A stretch of 63,086 nucleotides of DNA, the filler included, from Phoronis australis (taxonomy: Eukaryota > Animalia > Phoronida), in NCBI GenBank assembly GCA_002633005.1. It is 12 parts of 12 records of this genome, joined end to end, with 100 filler letters (N's around TTAATTAATTAA, not from the genome) between each part and the next. Parts side by side here need not be neighbours in the genome. Positions count along the whole stretch, not along the records: positions 19,030 to 26,108 come from NMRA01002074.1; positions 26,209 to 42,453 come from NMRA01001513.1; 10 more parts are not named here. One strand, given 5' to 3'. This document shows positions 25,089 through 38,547 of the stretch, in pieces. The stretch's first letter is position 1, and each line of letters begins with the position of its first letter. The notes under the pieces are model-generated. The model ran no database searches. It was not told the DNA's origin and saw nothing but the letters and a program-made list of their open reading frames with translations. The position numbers and the translations under genes were made by a program.

Positions 25089-25743
25089 CTGTGAAAAAGT
25101 AGACGACATCCCGTGACCCACACATTCAACGTGGCAAATACCAATTTGAACACTTTTAACTTTATAGCTAAACTCTTGTTTTTTTTTGGATGAAAAGATA
25201 TTAACTAAGGTTTAGTTTTTAAAATAACTGCGCAATTTTTCAAAATTTGGCGATGTTTTGAGGAACAAAACTGTGACAATTAGTTCTTTTAGACTAGGAC
25301 ACGTTTCAACTTGGGCTAACTTTCTACAAAATCTCGACAAAAATGTTGCGAGACGCACTCCGTGAAAATCGCAACAATATACCTCGAAGTATATTTAAAA
25401 AAACAGAGCACAATAGCTTCACTTTAAAACTCTGCCTAAATTCCGATAGAAATGTCAATTTACAGCCACAAAAGTTTGACTTAACTGATAAAAGTGTGAT
25501 AGTCTAATAGAGTTCAGTGAAAGTCTGTCTAGTTTATTTTGAAAACTACTGCATAGAGAGCTTGATTTGAGAGTGATACAGAAGCTGAGAAACCTGGGGC
25601 TACCATTAATTTTCGAAACATCTTCATCTAGCGCTAATCCTAATATTCCAAGTTACAACAAAATTACGAAGCAACTAGAACAAGGAAAATTAGATGTAAT
25701 TTATAGGGCATCAGCCGGTAAAGCAGTTTAAAAATATTCTTAC

Positions 25744-25770
25744 CAACATTTTTGGCATGTGCTTTAAAAA
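25744..25770 (-). CDS. MDM1: Possible 27-nt MDM1 micro-exon
   Basis: cattag|TTTTTAAAGCACATGCCAAAAATGTTG|gtaaga; open and frame-preserving. Confidence 0.35.
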
Positions 25771-25880
25771 CTAATGAAGAGATTGATGAATCCAAATTGC
25801 AAAGATGGCACAGCGTTAACACTTCAAATGCCACATCTTCACATCAGGCAATTTAAAGAAGGAAGATCAAGAATAAGGAA

Positions 25881-26068
25881 ATCATTCTCATATCAATATC
25901 ATTTTAATATCAATATCGTTCCAATATCAATATCGTTCTAATATCAATATCGTTCTCATATCAATATCATTCCTATATCAATATCGTTCACATATCAATA
26001 TCATTCTCATATCAATATCATTCTTATATCAGTATCATTCTCACATCAATGTCATTCTATATATCAAT
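25881..26068. repeat. Minisatellite, about 17-18 bp unit (ATATCAATATC(A/G)TTCT(C/A)), about 10 copies
   Basis: Directly visible. Confidence 0.95.
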
Positions 26069-26208
26069 AAGACGATCTAATGCTTTAACATATTTTCACA
26101 AGTGGGGTNNNNNNNNNNNNNNNNNNNNNNNNNNNNNNNNNNNNNNNNNNNNTTAATTAATTAANNNNNNNNNNNNNNNNNNNNNNNNNNNNNNNNNNNN
26201 NNNNNNNN

Positions 26209-27237
26209 TTGGTTGACATCCACGTAAGATGGGATTTGTAGAAATGTGCCGAAAATAGAACCATATAGATTATTCTTGCATTTGACTTTTCACTTGAATT
26301 TCAAAGGTCCTGGCGACTGGTTAAAAGCGTCGGCAATTAGTCCACGACGTATTATTTCACTGACAAGGAGAGATCCAGAAGCTCTTGGTGAACATAAACT
26401 ACCGTGAAAAGATTTACCCTAACGAAATGTGTCTTGACAACAACAAGTAGACAGTCAATTTGTTCAGGCAAAAGATTGAACCAAATCAGAGTTCTTGCTG
26501 AATCGATCAAAAATTCAAACATGATGAAAACTGCGCGTCTTCTATTCGCGTCCTAATCTTCCTTTCTGCTAATTCAGATTAATCCATGGTGAGCAAGTAG
26601 GTGTCAGCAAAAATAAGTAGCATAATGCAAAACTATTTAAATCACTTGTCATGTGGAGCAGGCAAAATTCAGACTTTGCATACATGGTTGAAAGACACAG
26701 AGCTTTTCAAACATGGTGCAGCACAAGTAGCCTGAACAATTCTGGGTAGTGGCAATATCGATGGAAAGAACATTACTGCACAACCTGAAAGTATACGCAC
26801 CTATCCTAACCCTTTCAACCGCTGTGTCGCATAGTTACCACAATACACAAATCAGAGACCCAAAATTTTTTACCTCATCACACAGCGAGCCGTTGTAATC
26901 ACAGAAGGCTTGCTTATCTGCCCAAGTGGGTAAATGGGCCAAATATGACGTAAAGCAACACTTTCGATCATCTGATTTTCGTATTGAAAGAAGTACACGA
27001 AGCACTTCTTGTCGTTAAATTGATCTTATGATGTCCGCAGCCCAACTTGGTTGGTCACTTTACTCTTATATTTCACTGAAAGGTTTTGGTTACATTTTAT
27101 GACTAAGGCAATCAATTTACCTTGGCGACTTGATTCTCTAAGTCTCGCTTGTCACTGACAATGTCCCGGACAAATTGCATATCCGCTATTCGTACAGCTC
27201 TTTCTTGTTCGTGGTCAACTTCACATGGTCGACCGCC
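26209..27237. repeat. Near-identical duplicate of 31158-32245
   Basis: Same sequence with a few substitutions and one 3-nt indel; ends at a single N. Confidence 0.95.
26649..27237 (-). CDS. Unidentified three-exon gene, copy 1 (partial 27237-27121, 26971-26874, 26784-26649)
   Basis: GT-AG introns, in phase: ..DLENQVAK|MIESVALRHIWPIYPLGQISKPSVITTARCVMR|LCSNVLS..FACST*. Confidence 0.5.
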
Positions 27238-27676
27238 NCTTTCACGACTGAGCCCTACCTCGCACTTTACCGTCTCAGCCCTACCTCGCACTTTCCCTCG
27301 TTTCGTCTGTATATTTCGACTTGCTGCTGCAACTTGTCATTCACATTTCGAAGCCGCTGGATTTCTTGTTCCAACTGCAAACAAAATCGATATTTCAGTT
27401 GAAATAACTGACTTCTGCGGTAAAGAAACAAAATACGTCCCAACTAATGACCTTTTTAGATCGTGAAACCGTCGACGCATTTTTGGAAGCTACTCATTGG
27501 CCGAAGCCACTGATATGGGCACACGGTGTCATAACGCTTTCAAGTGTACAAGCTGAGGTGTGTTCTGCAGACTTAAAACCTCACAAAAACGAAAGATCCC
27601 ATTTCATTACAAGCGCACGTGACCATAATGAGTGGGTTTTCTCGCGAGTGTCTGAGATGTACTGAACCCAACCCTG

Positions 27677-27922
27677 GGGCCCGCTCCAAGAAAATAACTT
27701 AAGTTCATTTTACTTCAGTCTAAGGTTTGTCTCAACTTCCCAACTTTGAAACTTCCACATCCGGTAAGTTAGTCGAACTTAAGACAAGACTTAAGTCAAA
27801 AACTTAAGTCAAAATTAAGTTCACTTTCTTGGAACGGACTTATGACAAATTGAAGTTTTATCTTAAAATTGGCTTAAATTTAAGATTTGTCTTAGCTAAT
27901 TCAGTTTTCTTGGAACGTATCC
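27677..27922. mobile_element. PIF/Harbinger-type MITE
   Basis: Imperfect TIR GG..CG(C/T)TCCAAGAAAA, 3-bp CTG TSD on both sides, internal ACTTAAG(T) repeats. Confidence 0.7.
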
Positions 27923-30900
27923 CTGGTGTTAAGCTAGGTACATAGAGGGACACCAAGTCCAAAGAAGTACACAGAAGACGAAAAGGTACGCATCGCTCCC
28001 TATAGTTTGAAAAGACGCTTTCACGTAAATCTCTTCTCTGGGCCTAGAACAAACTCTTGTCACTGATGTAGCCATGGGGGTCACAAGTGGGACATACCCG
28101 ATGTTCGTTCCCAAAAACCCTCCTCCAGACCAAACGCCACTTCGATCGCCAACAATTTTGCACTTGTTCCCCGTTCATTACGTGCAAGTACCCCGCAGTC
28201 GTCACTTCCGTCATCAAGAGTTTCGTGTTACCCCACGCTCCATTTTCCTTGCTACGCCAGTGACCCTTGTCTCAAATCAATGACGATAACAGTAATTGAA
28301 GTAAATCCACATGCACATACCAACAATAGATCTTTTTTCCACCTCACTTCCGCCTCTTCTTTCTCTGCGATCTGTTTTAGCAACTGAAGAAGAATAGAAA
28401 CACTATGTTGAACGGAACTGTGTAGTAGTTCATTGAGGTAACTTTGTGAGTGCAAATCATTTCTTTAGAAGAAAACCTTCGACATATTCGAAGTACCCAC
28501 TACATTCACTCCCTCACGCAGACTATACCTTCGTTTTCAAGACTCGAATTTCTCCAAAAACTTTCTTATTGTACATCCATAAAACTATATATTTTTAAAT
28601 CCACGATGATCACAAATTCTTGTTATGTGCACGAAAGCAGTGACTGTCCGCATGTTCCTAATCACGATTGTATTTTTTTTTTAAAGCAGTGGTGTTTCAC
28701 TGAGGTTGTCGCATTTTCCACAAACACGAATTTTTCTCGCACGAAACTTGCAAGTTATGCTCATTATTGTTAGCTACAAAGGAACACTTGTTTTTTTTTT
28801 AATGCCTTTTAGCCCGCAAACAGCTCAGCTGTCAAAACTCAAGACCGTAGTCTGCAAGCTAAGAAGCGATTCGAACCAGAGTCTCAAAAATGAGCCCATT
28901 GTACAAACCACTGCACTGCCCTCCATTTCTATAACCAAAAAATGACCGTGTAGCACAATGTGCTTAATTCAGTCAAAATGTAAGTCAAATATAAGCATAA
29001 TATCAATAACTGATAGCGCGCAAACTCAAATTATCAATTATACCATTAAACAAATCTGGAATACTCAAGACAACGAGCAAAATGGAACCAAGCAGTAGTT
29101 GCTAAATTCGTAAAATGAGCTGTCATTAATTACTGTCATAAAATTCATCCGCAAAATCTACAAAATCCCAGAATGAGTATAATGTATAACATGCACAACA
29201 CATGAGCTTCTGTGTACCTAACACATACATAACACGTACTGATTTTTTGTAAACCGAGTTACAGCAATGAAAGTAAGTTCGAAAATGTGCATATATTATG
29301 TACAACTTGTCTTCAGTTGAACGTGACCAACGATGGCTACTCGATGTTTTCGTCAAAAATTACATGACGTGGTTATAGCATTGTAGAAATGGCGAAACGC
29401 TTTTGATTGCGCAAACTGCGAATTTCAGAAAACGGGAGAATACATTTGACACACATATTATTGAAAAGAAACTTTCTTAGACAACAGAGTTTGTCAAGAC
29501 CATTTGCCACAAATGCTCTCATGTTCCGATAAATCAGTTATAAAACCAGGTTTAGTTGACAACATGCTTTCATTTAAGACACATACCGTTGTAAAATAGA
29601 TTTTTGGTCTGGGAAAAACTGAGATTTACAAACGGCTGTTCGAGATCAGGCTCACTAAGTTGGTTTGTCATGATGGGTTATTCATTTTATGCACTGAATG
29701 TGATCTCAAGCTATACCCAGCTATCACTTCTTCCCGAGTCAGAAATCCTTCCTCGTGTGAGCTAGGAACAAGGTGATGCCTAGCTATTTTATGACGGCAA
29801 GTTGTCGAAATCCACAGACGTTGAAAACGTAACCCTGTGGCCGCATTGGATATTATCTCCGAGACACGAGGTTTGGGCGAAACGAACGCCAGTAAACATG
29901 TAAAGATGCTTAAGTAAAAAGACGAGGGCTACTTCTGCAGGAGGCTATCTACATCCAAGCCCTGAAACCCTCTCTCAAAAAGCTAGGTGGTGCCATATTC
30001 AATTTGTCGTCTGCGTGGATGGAATGAGACACAATGCCATCAAACAAACGGAGTGCCACCTGGCGGACCGGAGTTTGAAATCAAACTTGTAATTATTATG
30101 TAATTTTCCGCCATACTTTCGAGGGAACTCAAGACAAGTTCTATTATTTTGTGTTCGAGTACACTATGGCTTACGCGTATGAGTTTCTAGTCCAAGTTCG
30201 CACTTGACGATCCATAGATTCGAGCTACAAACTAAAGTAAAAGCTCAATATTTTGAGGTCAGACTCGGTCGTGTTAGCCTTAATACCGAGGTCTTCAAGC
30301 GGCAACTAGAATAAGACAGTTATCCACTTAAGTCATTAGTTACTCGAGTACAGAATAATGGACAATAATCTGGAGTTCGCACAAAAGTACAATAGAAAAT
30401 TTCAAAAATGATTCTGAGTTTGATTTCGAGTAAAAAGATTAGACCCCAGTCCCAGGTCAACCAGAGAACCTTCAGTACGGAGAGACAAAGAAGTGGCGAG
30501 AGCAGAGAGCGAGAGAAAATTGCAAAAGCAAATTTCTGAATGATACTGACGTCCATACCAGTTGAGAAAACGGTGCACCAATATTTATCTGGTAATCAAT
30601 CGGAATTTACGTGACCTGGAATAATACACGTACAAGATAGAAGTGGAAGTAAAGACAGACGGGCGTGTTTATTTCTCGCGAAAAGAGGGGTTACCCTGAT
30701 ACCTCGACAAAGAAAGAGAACACTCAATTAATTCACACATTTAATCAGAGAAATTTCTACGTGAAGCTGTACTGGTGCAACCCATTTATCTACATGTAGG
30801 TGTGTGAAGCCAGTCAGAGTACTACTTGTAGGACAAATTAGAAGCACTGCAACAAAGCACGCAAGAAATTCTATTTAGTGACTATAAAGAATCAATATAA

Positions 30901-31769
30901 AAAGAGGGTGCGAAAAAAGCATAGAGTTGAAATACACCCGCATGCGCGGTGTAAAGCGTGTCAATGTAACCCGTCTGTCCTTACCGCAAACTTTTCCAGC
31001 TCCCACAATTTTTCCTTTGCTTTTGTAGCTTCCATATCTGCTAATAACTTAAAAAACATGGATTTGCGAGTTACGTCAAACCTAAAACAACCCGATACAT
31101 ACTCCCTCTCGTGGCCCTTTGATAAGTGAAGATGGAGTAACGTGTACATCTAACCAGTTGGTTGACATCCACGTAAGATGGGATTTGTAGAAATGTGCCG
31201 AAAATAGAACCATATAGATTATTCTTGCATTTGACTTTTCACTTGAATTTCAAAGGTCCTGGCGACTGGTTAAAAGCGTCGGCAATTAGTCCACGACGTA
31301 TTATTTCACTGACAAGGAGAGATCCAGAAGCTCTTGGTGAACATAAACTACCGTGAAAAGATTTACCCTAACGAAATGTGTCTTGACAACAACAAGTAGA
31401 CAGTCAATTTGTTCAGGCAAAAGATTGAACCAAATCAGAGTTCTTGCTGAATCGATCAAAAATTCAAACATGATGAAAACTGCGCGTCTNNNNNNNNNNN
31501 NNNNNNNNNNNNNNNNNNNNNNNNNNNNNNNNNNNNNNNNNNNNNNNNNNNNNNNNNNNNNNNNNNNNNNNNNNNNNNNNNNNNNNNNNNNNNNNNNNNN
31601 NNNNNNNNNNNNNNNNNNNNNNNNNNNNNNNNNNNNNNNNNNNNNNNNNNNNNNNNNNNNNNNNNNNNNNNNNNNNNNNNNNNNNNNNNNNNNNNNNNNN
31701 NNNNNNNNNNNNNNNNNNNNNNNNNNNNNNNNNNNNNNNNNNNNNNNNNNNNNNNNNNNNNNNNNNNNN

Positions 31770-32371
31770 AAAGAACATTACTGCACAACCTGAAAGTATA
31801 CGCACCTATCCTAACCCTTTCAACCGCTGTGTCGCATAGTTACCACAATACACAAATCAAAGACCCAACATTTTTTACCTCATCACACAGCGAGCCGTTG
31901 TAATCACAGCCGTAGGCTTGCTTATCTGCCCAAGTGGGTAAATGGGCCAAATATGACGTAAAGCAACACTTTCGATCATCTGATTTTCGTATTGAAAGAA
32001 GTACACGAAGCACTTCTTGTCGTTAAATTGATCTTATGATGTCCGCAGCCCAACTTGGTTGGTCACTTTACTCTTATATTTCACTGAAAGGTTTTGGTTA
32101 CATTTTATGACTAAGGCAATCAATTTACCTTGGCGACTTGATTCTCTAAGTCTCGCTTGTCACTGACAATGTCCCGGACAAATTGCATATCCGCTATTCG
32201 TACAGCTCTTTCTTGTTCGTGGTCAACTTCACATGGTCGACCGCCGCAATGCCAGCACTCGATGATTTGAGCCCAAAAAGGGTCCAACGGCGGGATCATA
32301 CTCATGTCCCTGTCTCCTGGCTCGATGAAGTCCATTGTCCGCTTTAAGGGACCACTCTCTCCCTCATCCAT
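31770..32371 (-). CDS. Unidentified three-exon gene, copy 2 (32371-32129, 31979-31879, 31789-gap)
   Basis: tgcag|gATG MDEGESG..ECWHCGGRPCEV..VAK|gtaaat, then the same exons as copy 1 with an in-frame PSV to PTAV indel. Confidence 0.5.
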
Positions 32372-34829
32372 CCTGCAATATAAATTTCGTAGGTTTCAAC
32401 TCGGGGTCATGACCTACACCGTGCCCTGGTCTACAACAAGAAAAGAAGTTACTTTTCAGAGCCTTGAACTATTTTAAGTGTGTGTGCGAAAATAAATGCG
32501 ACGAACAAGTTTCTACGTCAGGGACAAGCGGGGGACGGGGTTACAAAATGAGAACAAAAATCAACGGTATGCTGGCATTCTTATGTCTCTGTAATCTTTT
32601 TGCGATGTTTTGCAGTGTACAGCTAGTGGAACATTGACTAGTTAATACACTTTGTGTGCCTGATTTTGTACCATCAGATTTTTATACTTTCTAATTTGTC
32701 TGTTTTTCTAAAGCCAAACCCACAAATTACCATTTGACGTCATAGATTATGCTCTAATCATATGTGATGTGTGTTGTTACACTGACCAATTCAAAGTCGG
32801 CATAACATCGTTGCGCCTTCAATGCTTAATTTGCCTAGTAACAGGCGGTGAAACAGCAATTTCATTTCTACAGCCCAGTATCGATCACATCATAGATTTT
32901 GTTTGTTTTAATAGAATAGCGTTTGAATATTAAATAGAATACGTAGGCCCTGCCACAATCACAGCAAACAAAACGCGCTTCATGGGATCGAGTATTCATT
33001 TTAGGGAAACGGCAGGTTCATAGGCGACTGTAAGAGACTGTAGCGTAGCCCAGAACCAATCGGAAACTTACTCACAAAAAGTTCTTTCCCCTTAGACCAT
33101 CGAGATCTTTGCTTTCAATTGGCTAACAGGGGCCACTGAAAAAGCAACCCACGTAAATAGGCATGATGGAAAAGCATGTGCATTTAGATGAGCCGTCTTG
33201 CAAATGAAATTTCTACAGCCTGAAATAATCTAGGCACAGAAAACATTTCAAGTTCCATGCAGTAACTTACGTTTGCTTAAATTTGAAGGCCACCTGCGTC
33301 GACGACTGAATACTATTTCACATCAACTTAATTTTGCATATAAGAAGTTATTTTGGCCTCCTAAACGGCAACTGAAAAAGTCTAGTTCAAAGGTGTATAT
33401 AGGCGAGGCAACAACGACCTTTTCACCTAAACCCAGTAAGTGAAGCCTAAACTAAGCAACACAAAATGACGGAAACGTGCGGTTGCCGGTGTCGTTTATC
33501 AATATCACTATCGGGTAAATAAATGCGTTACAGCAGACCGGGTTGACTAACGTACCTTGGACATCAACGTAATTTAAAAATATTCATGTAGACCTATACT
33601 GTTTCATCCCTGACGACTTACTGTAGCCTTGAGGTGCACGAAAAACGTGACCCTTGGCGCGATTACTATTCTTAACAACCAGCTTACACAAATGCGAGCA
33701 CCGCGTATTGAAAAGTACACAAAAGGTCCTTAAACTAACTGTTCGCCTTATCTAGAGGGGACGCCAAAGAAACTGGTATGGTTGGTAACAGATTTGATTT
33801 GTCTTTAGTTGAGCACAGGTCGGCGGAGTTTTTCAGAATTAAAGTCGCCACCTGTTTTTAGTAGTCCTCCAGTTTTTTTATCTCAACTTAGGACCTGAAA
33901 CGTGTACGTCCTTTATTGACTTGGTTGGCTCTTGCTGGAAAATAATGTGTCAGCCGTACCGAATATTTTATTTCAGTCGTCAATTTTTCAGACGCCTCAG
34001 GACTGATGAGCTGGTGTTTCTGATCTTTGAACGACCCGGTTCAATTTTAAACGTTGAAATATGACCTATGGGCTCGAAATCAATGCTATACTCATCGGCC
34101 AGCGGTTATTCTCAGTTTCAAAAAGAGTGAGAGGGTCCATTTCATTTCGCCATTTCGCGTCTATTTTAATTCTAGCTAAATCTCAACAAAAACTCGACAG
34201 ATGTCGCTCTAGTCGAAATCGCGAAAACAGTTACTACTGTTCATAGAGCCATTCATAAACAATCAGCAATGTCACTTTCAAGTTAGACAAAGGTTCGACT
34301 AAACTGCCAAATAATTTCAGCATTAAGTTTATCCAAGTTTGGTAAAACCTGGGGTAATCCTGTCGGAGTCTATCTATTTTTGTACATATACCTTAAAATG
34401 CAAAATCGCAACATCCCAACTCTTGCAGATATTCTGCTACATTGAAAGATTGCTGAAGTACAAAGATTGGATTTTTAATGAAGAAAGGAGACTGTTCCGA
34501 AACTACGAGCGTACCAGTATCAAGCTTGCAAACAAAAGGTCTAGTCGTGTTTTTAGCGAAATTTGTGTAATTTAGTTTTTGAATAAAGTCTATATAAAAA
34601 TCACTTCTTTTTCATCCTTTCGCATTTTTGTAAAAAAAGGTAGTTTCCAGTGTTAATTCCTATTGGCTAACGTGCTCCTGACATCATTGAGGTTGCACCG
34701 TGGGTTAAGCTAAGTAATGAGATAGTTTAAGGAGTGCATCTCATTGGGTGAAGGCCTCTCACTACAGAAGTGCACTGTATGTGTATAAGTCGTCTACGAT
34801 CTCAGATCTCAACAGTTCATAGCACAATT

Positions 34830-35455
34830 TTACTGCGGTGTCTTATGACTGTTAGTGGAACAACGTCGTTTTGCATGGCCCCGCGTGGCCTTGGTGCAAC
34901 TGATCTGCATACTAAACACACAGTCGCTGCCTCGATGTGGGTAAAAAACTGATCAAATAAAATCTGCCCCAAAATTAGTGACATTAAAAACTACACTTTT
35001 TCTTGAGTAAACTAAATTATTTTCCCGTGTTGGAAAAATGGCGTTCTATCGAAGTGATTCTGCTTCTAGTAAAATAGAGGTGCGTTCTTTTGGTGGGCGC
35101 TATCACCTATTGGCCAGTTTCTGTTCCCCGATTCTTCAATCCTCCACGAAGTTGCGTCCATATCACAACAAATTATCGGAATTGCTTTCATTTCGTTACA
35201 AAAGTTTTCAGTATTTTAATACCATCAAACGGAATTTCAGAACAAATTTTGCTGCTGCAAATCTGTCATCATCTCCCGAGAGATGTAAAAAATTTTAGGA
35301 AATGACGCGTGCGTGTGTCAAGGGCGTACTCATAATTTGGTTTTCAAAACGACGACTGACTTTAACTGTTACAAAAAGGCGGATAATTATACGACAAAAT
35401 CACGTTCATTAGATTGTTTTTCACTTAAACGGCTGCAGCGGGCAAGGTGCTTGTC
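34830..35455 (-). repeat. Diverged inverted copy of the interior (about 2450-3110) of the TIR element
   Basis: Shared blocks in the same order, e.g. CACAACAAATTATCGGAA..TTTCATTTCGTTACA, CACT(T/C)AA.CGGCTGCA.CG.GCAAG, GTGGGTAAAAAACTGA. Confidence 0.7.
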
Positions 35456-38140
35456 GGTTGACTCCAAGATAGACGGATTTGGGGGGGTGGGAGGGGGCAG
35501 GAGGCCCGCCCCCCTTGGCTGCCGCAAAAATAATACTGCAAGAGCGTGAGGAAATATTGAGTTCACTAACTAACCACCCCGGTAATTACCATGCAGGTGA
35601 AACAAGAGTTAAGGATGTGTGCAGTTTTAGTTTGCGTGTGAAAGTGTCAGACCACCGGCGCAATCATTTTCTCGTTTTTTTTTCGTTTTTTCTTTAGTTT
35701 TGTACTGCACAACGTCGAGATCCGGGCCCGAGGCTGGATGCGCGCGGTTGCCCGAGACAAAATGTTGGCCCCGCCCCTTATGATATCCTATATTCGCCGC
35801 TACACTCCCAGATTTTGCATGCACCCCGCCGCTTCATAGCTAGACATGATCAATTTTCACAACGAGCTAGGTGACTAGCAGACTAACTACCCGGGCTGTG
35901 CGAAATATCGGGGTACCATGTAGCCTTGGCGCACAGCTGCGGGGCTTTTATGGAACTAAAAAAATGTTATTTTTCAAAGTAAAAAAAGAAAAATGTTGTG
36001 CACTATTTAAGAAGACGTGAATGTGAGGAACCTACATTTAAACTTTCAAAATTCATACTAAAATGCTGAAACATGTAGTTCAGGCGTTCATCTGCGTTGG
36101 TTTTTGAGTACACAACAATGTATTGTATTTTTTTGTAATACAGTAGTATCTTACTTTGAATTTGAGGGTGAAAAAGAAAAGGACGAACACATGGCCAAAG
36201 GTTTCTCGAAGGGACTCTTGGGTATGTAGCAGGAATTTTTACTTATTACTCACTGGCAAGCAAAATATGACGTATACATTTGGTTCCGAGTACTTAGAAC
36301 GGAATTCTAAAGCTAAATCTTATCAATTTTCAGAGTAACAGTCAGGCAGCGTGCAAGTTTTTTCGAGAATTACTGAGCGCCAAGGCGTCACCTTGTGCTC
36401 ATCTTGGGATAGCAATAATGTTTCCAAATAGTCAAAGCCGTCCATTGTTATAGTTGCTCAACATGAAAATAATAAATAGGTACATAGTAGGTTATTGAAT
36501 AACGTTACGGGAACAAAAATGTCAAGTCGAATTTCCAAATCAATTCTTCAAGTTGACTGCAAATTATGCCACGATCAAAGTGCATTTGTGGACATTTCCG
36601 AAGTCCTTCAAAGGCTTTGCGAAAACAATTGTTGCCGGCCTGCGAATACGCCGGCGCTCGACTCATTGTCGTGTTTTTTCATCAGTTTGGCAATCGTGAC
36701 AGCAAATCCTCTCACAGCCAGTGATCGAAGAGAATCTTTATTAATTCATTGAAAACCACGGCGTTACCATGGAGCTTATTCTAGATTGCACGCTACATCA
36801 AGATACTTTCAGTGACTGGTTTATGTCCATTGAAGGTACCTCGTATATACTGAGCCCAACCCAATAATGGTGAGTTGCCCATGTCCATGGGCGGTGCCGC
36901 GGCCGCATTCAGTTGAAATAAGTGAAGGGGGGCTACGGGCCCCCAGCTCCCTAATTGGCAGTGCGCCGCCCACTTGTGAATGAGACTGCTAGAAAAGTCA
37001 GGTGATCAGAGTCTAACTGTCGAGACTGGCTACCAATTGTACAGGCCTTCATGAACTGAACTTGTTTGGGCTTAAGCCACTGGATTGAGGTTTCTTTGAT
37101 TTTGTTTAGACCTACTTCGATCACTGCCCCGTTAAGTTACAAAAGGTGGTCGCCATACTACGTCACAGTAAACTGAAAGGGGGTTTCCCAGATTTCTTAA
37201 TTTTATGACGCCGCCAGGTTTCATTACTTCCGAACCAATGAGATTCGTTGGTTCCCTGCGTGCCGCTAGTCTGGTAGCCAGCACGCAGGTATCACTTTTT
37301 CACGCGATTTTTTTACACCGGCGTTTCTGATTGGCTGGTCGAATCCTCAACAGGGCGCGCTTTACGCAAACAAAGTGGCACGACTGTGGTCTGTTGTACA
37401 GACGTACGCCTTGCTTAAAATTCATGTTCAAGAAATGGAAACTGAATGCCAGAAAATTGTGGTTGCGCCTTTTCGAAGTGCATCTTTCTAGCTGTCGCTG
37501 ACTTTTGTTTACGATGGTCCTGTATTCATACAGTATATGAATAACACACCAGTTAAATGGGCCACAGATTTGTATACTAATGTGCTACAAGCACGTGGCT
37601 ACTCATAAACATTACTGCAGAAACGGTATAGTTTCTGCTACGCCACTTGCATGCCAGTGACTAGGCTAAAAATCATTCAAATTTCCCCATTTATTCACTT
37701 TGTTGTAAAGCTAACCAATGGCTGCCTAGGTTACATCAACCAACGCTTGCTACCTCCGTGCTGGCATGCTGGCTCGCTGGTTCCCTGCGTGCTTAGCCAG
37801 CCAGCTACGGGCTTACCTAGCGGTACGCAGGGAACCAGCGAGGCATGCTGGGAAGGGAGCGGGGAACCGGCGAACCAATGAGAAGCCATGTTAATGAACG
37901 TAAGAGGGCGCTTTACGGAAGGCAGCGATCGTTCAGTAGGCTACCTGGGAGTATAGTCCTAGGTTGTATAAGACTACAACAACCTGACCTAATGTGGTAA
38001 AGTAAGTATTACGAATCGGTGATCAACGGGAACGGATTTGAGTCCTGTAGTGAGTAGACGGGAAAACATTGAAGAAGTAAAGTCCAAGCCAAGACTGGAT
38101 CCCAAACCCCGGCCGTGGACATTGAACCCCAGCTGCTGTG

Positions 38141-38547
38141 CGTGAACTTGAAATCTGCTTAATCTCAAGATCGCGTATGCCGCTGCCTGAACTTGGAATT
38201 GAATATTATGGCAAAAAGTTGAAATTAATGTTCGATGAAAAGGAATTTTTGTAATTATTGACCTCGCGATCAACCATTTTCTCCTTTACCGTAACTTGTG
38301 TCGCTGAACCGGAGGAATATGTGAATGGCTAAGTCGATTATTGTTTGGTGCAATTGATCGCCCGTAGTTGAAAAGGTTGGTTAAAATTGACATTATTTTA
38401 TTCAAATTTAACTTGATTTGATGCATTGCAAATTTTTGTGATCACGAACGTGATTATTTGAGTGAACTTGTCAAGTTTAATCTCGCGTATTCTTCGCAAC
38501 ACTCACTTCCGCTTAATCTTGAGATTAAGCAGGATTCCAAGTTCACG
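38141..38547. mobile_element. MITE of about 407 bp with TIRs of about 31 bp
   Basis: CGTGAACTTGAAATCTGCTTAATCTCAAGAT versus ATCTTGAGATTAAGCAGGATTCCAAGTTCACG. Confidence 0.7.

Noticed and set aside
27929-28560. Coding-looking minus-strand stretch
   Set aside because: Multiple stops and no recognisable motif or consistent splice sites.
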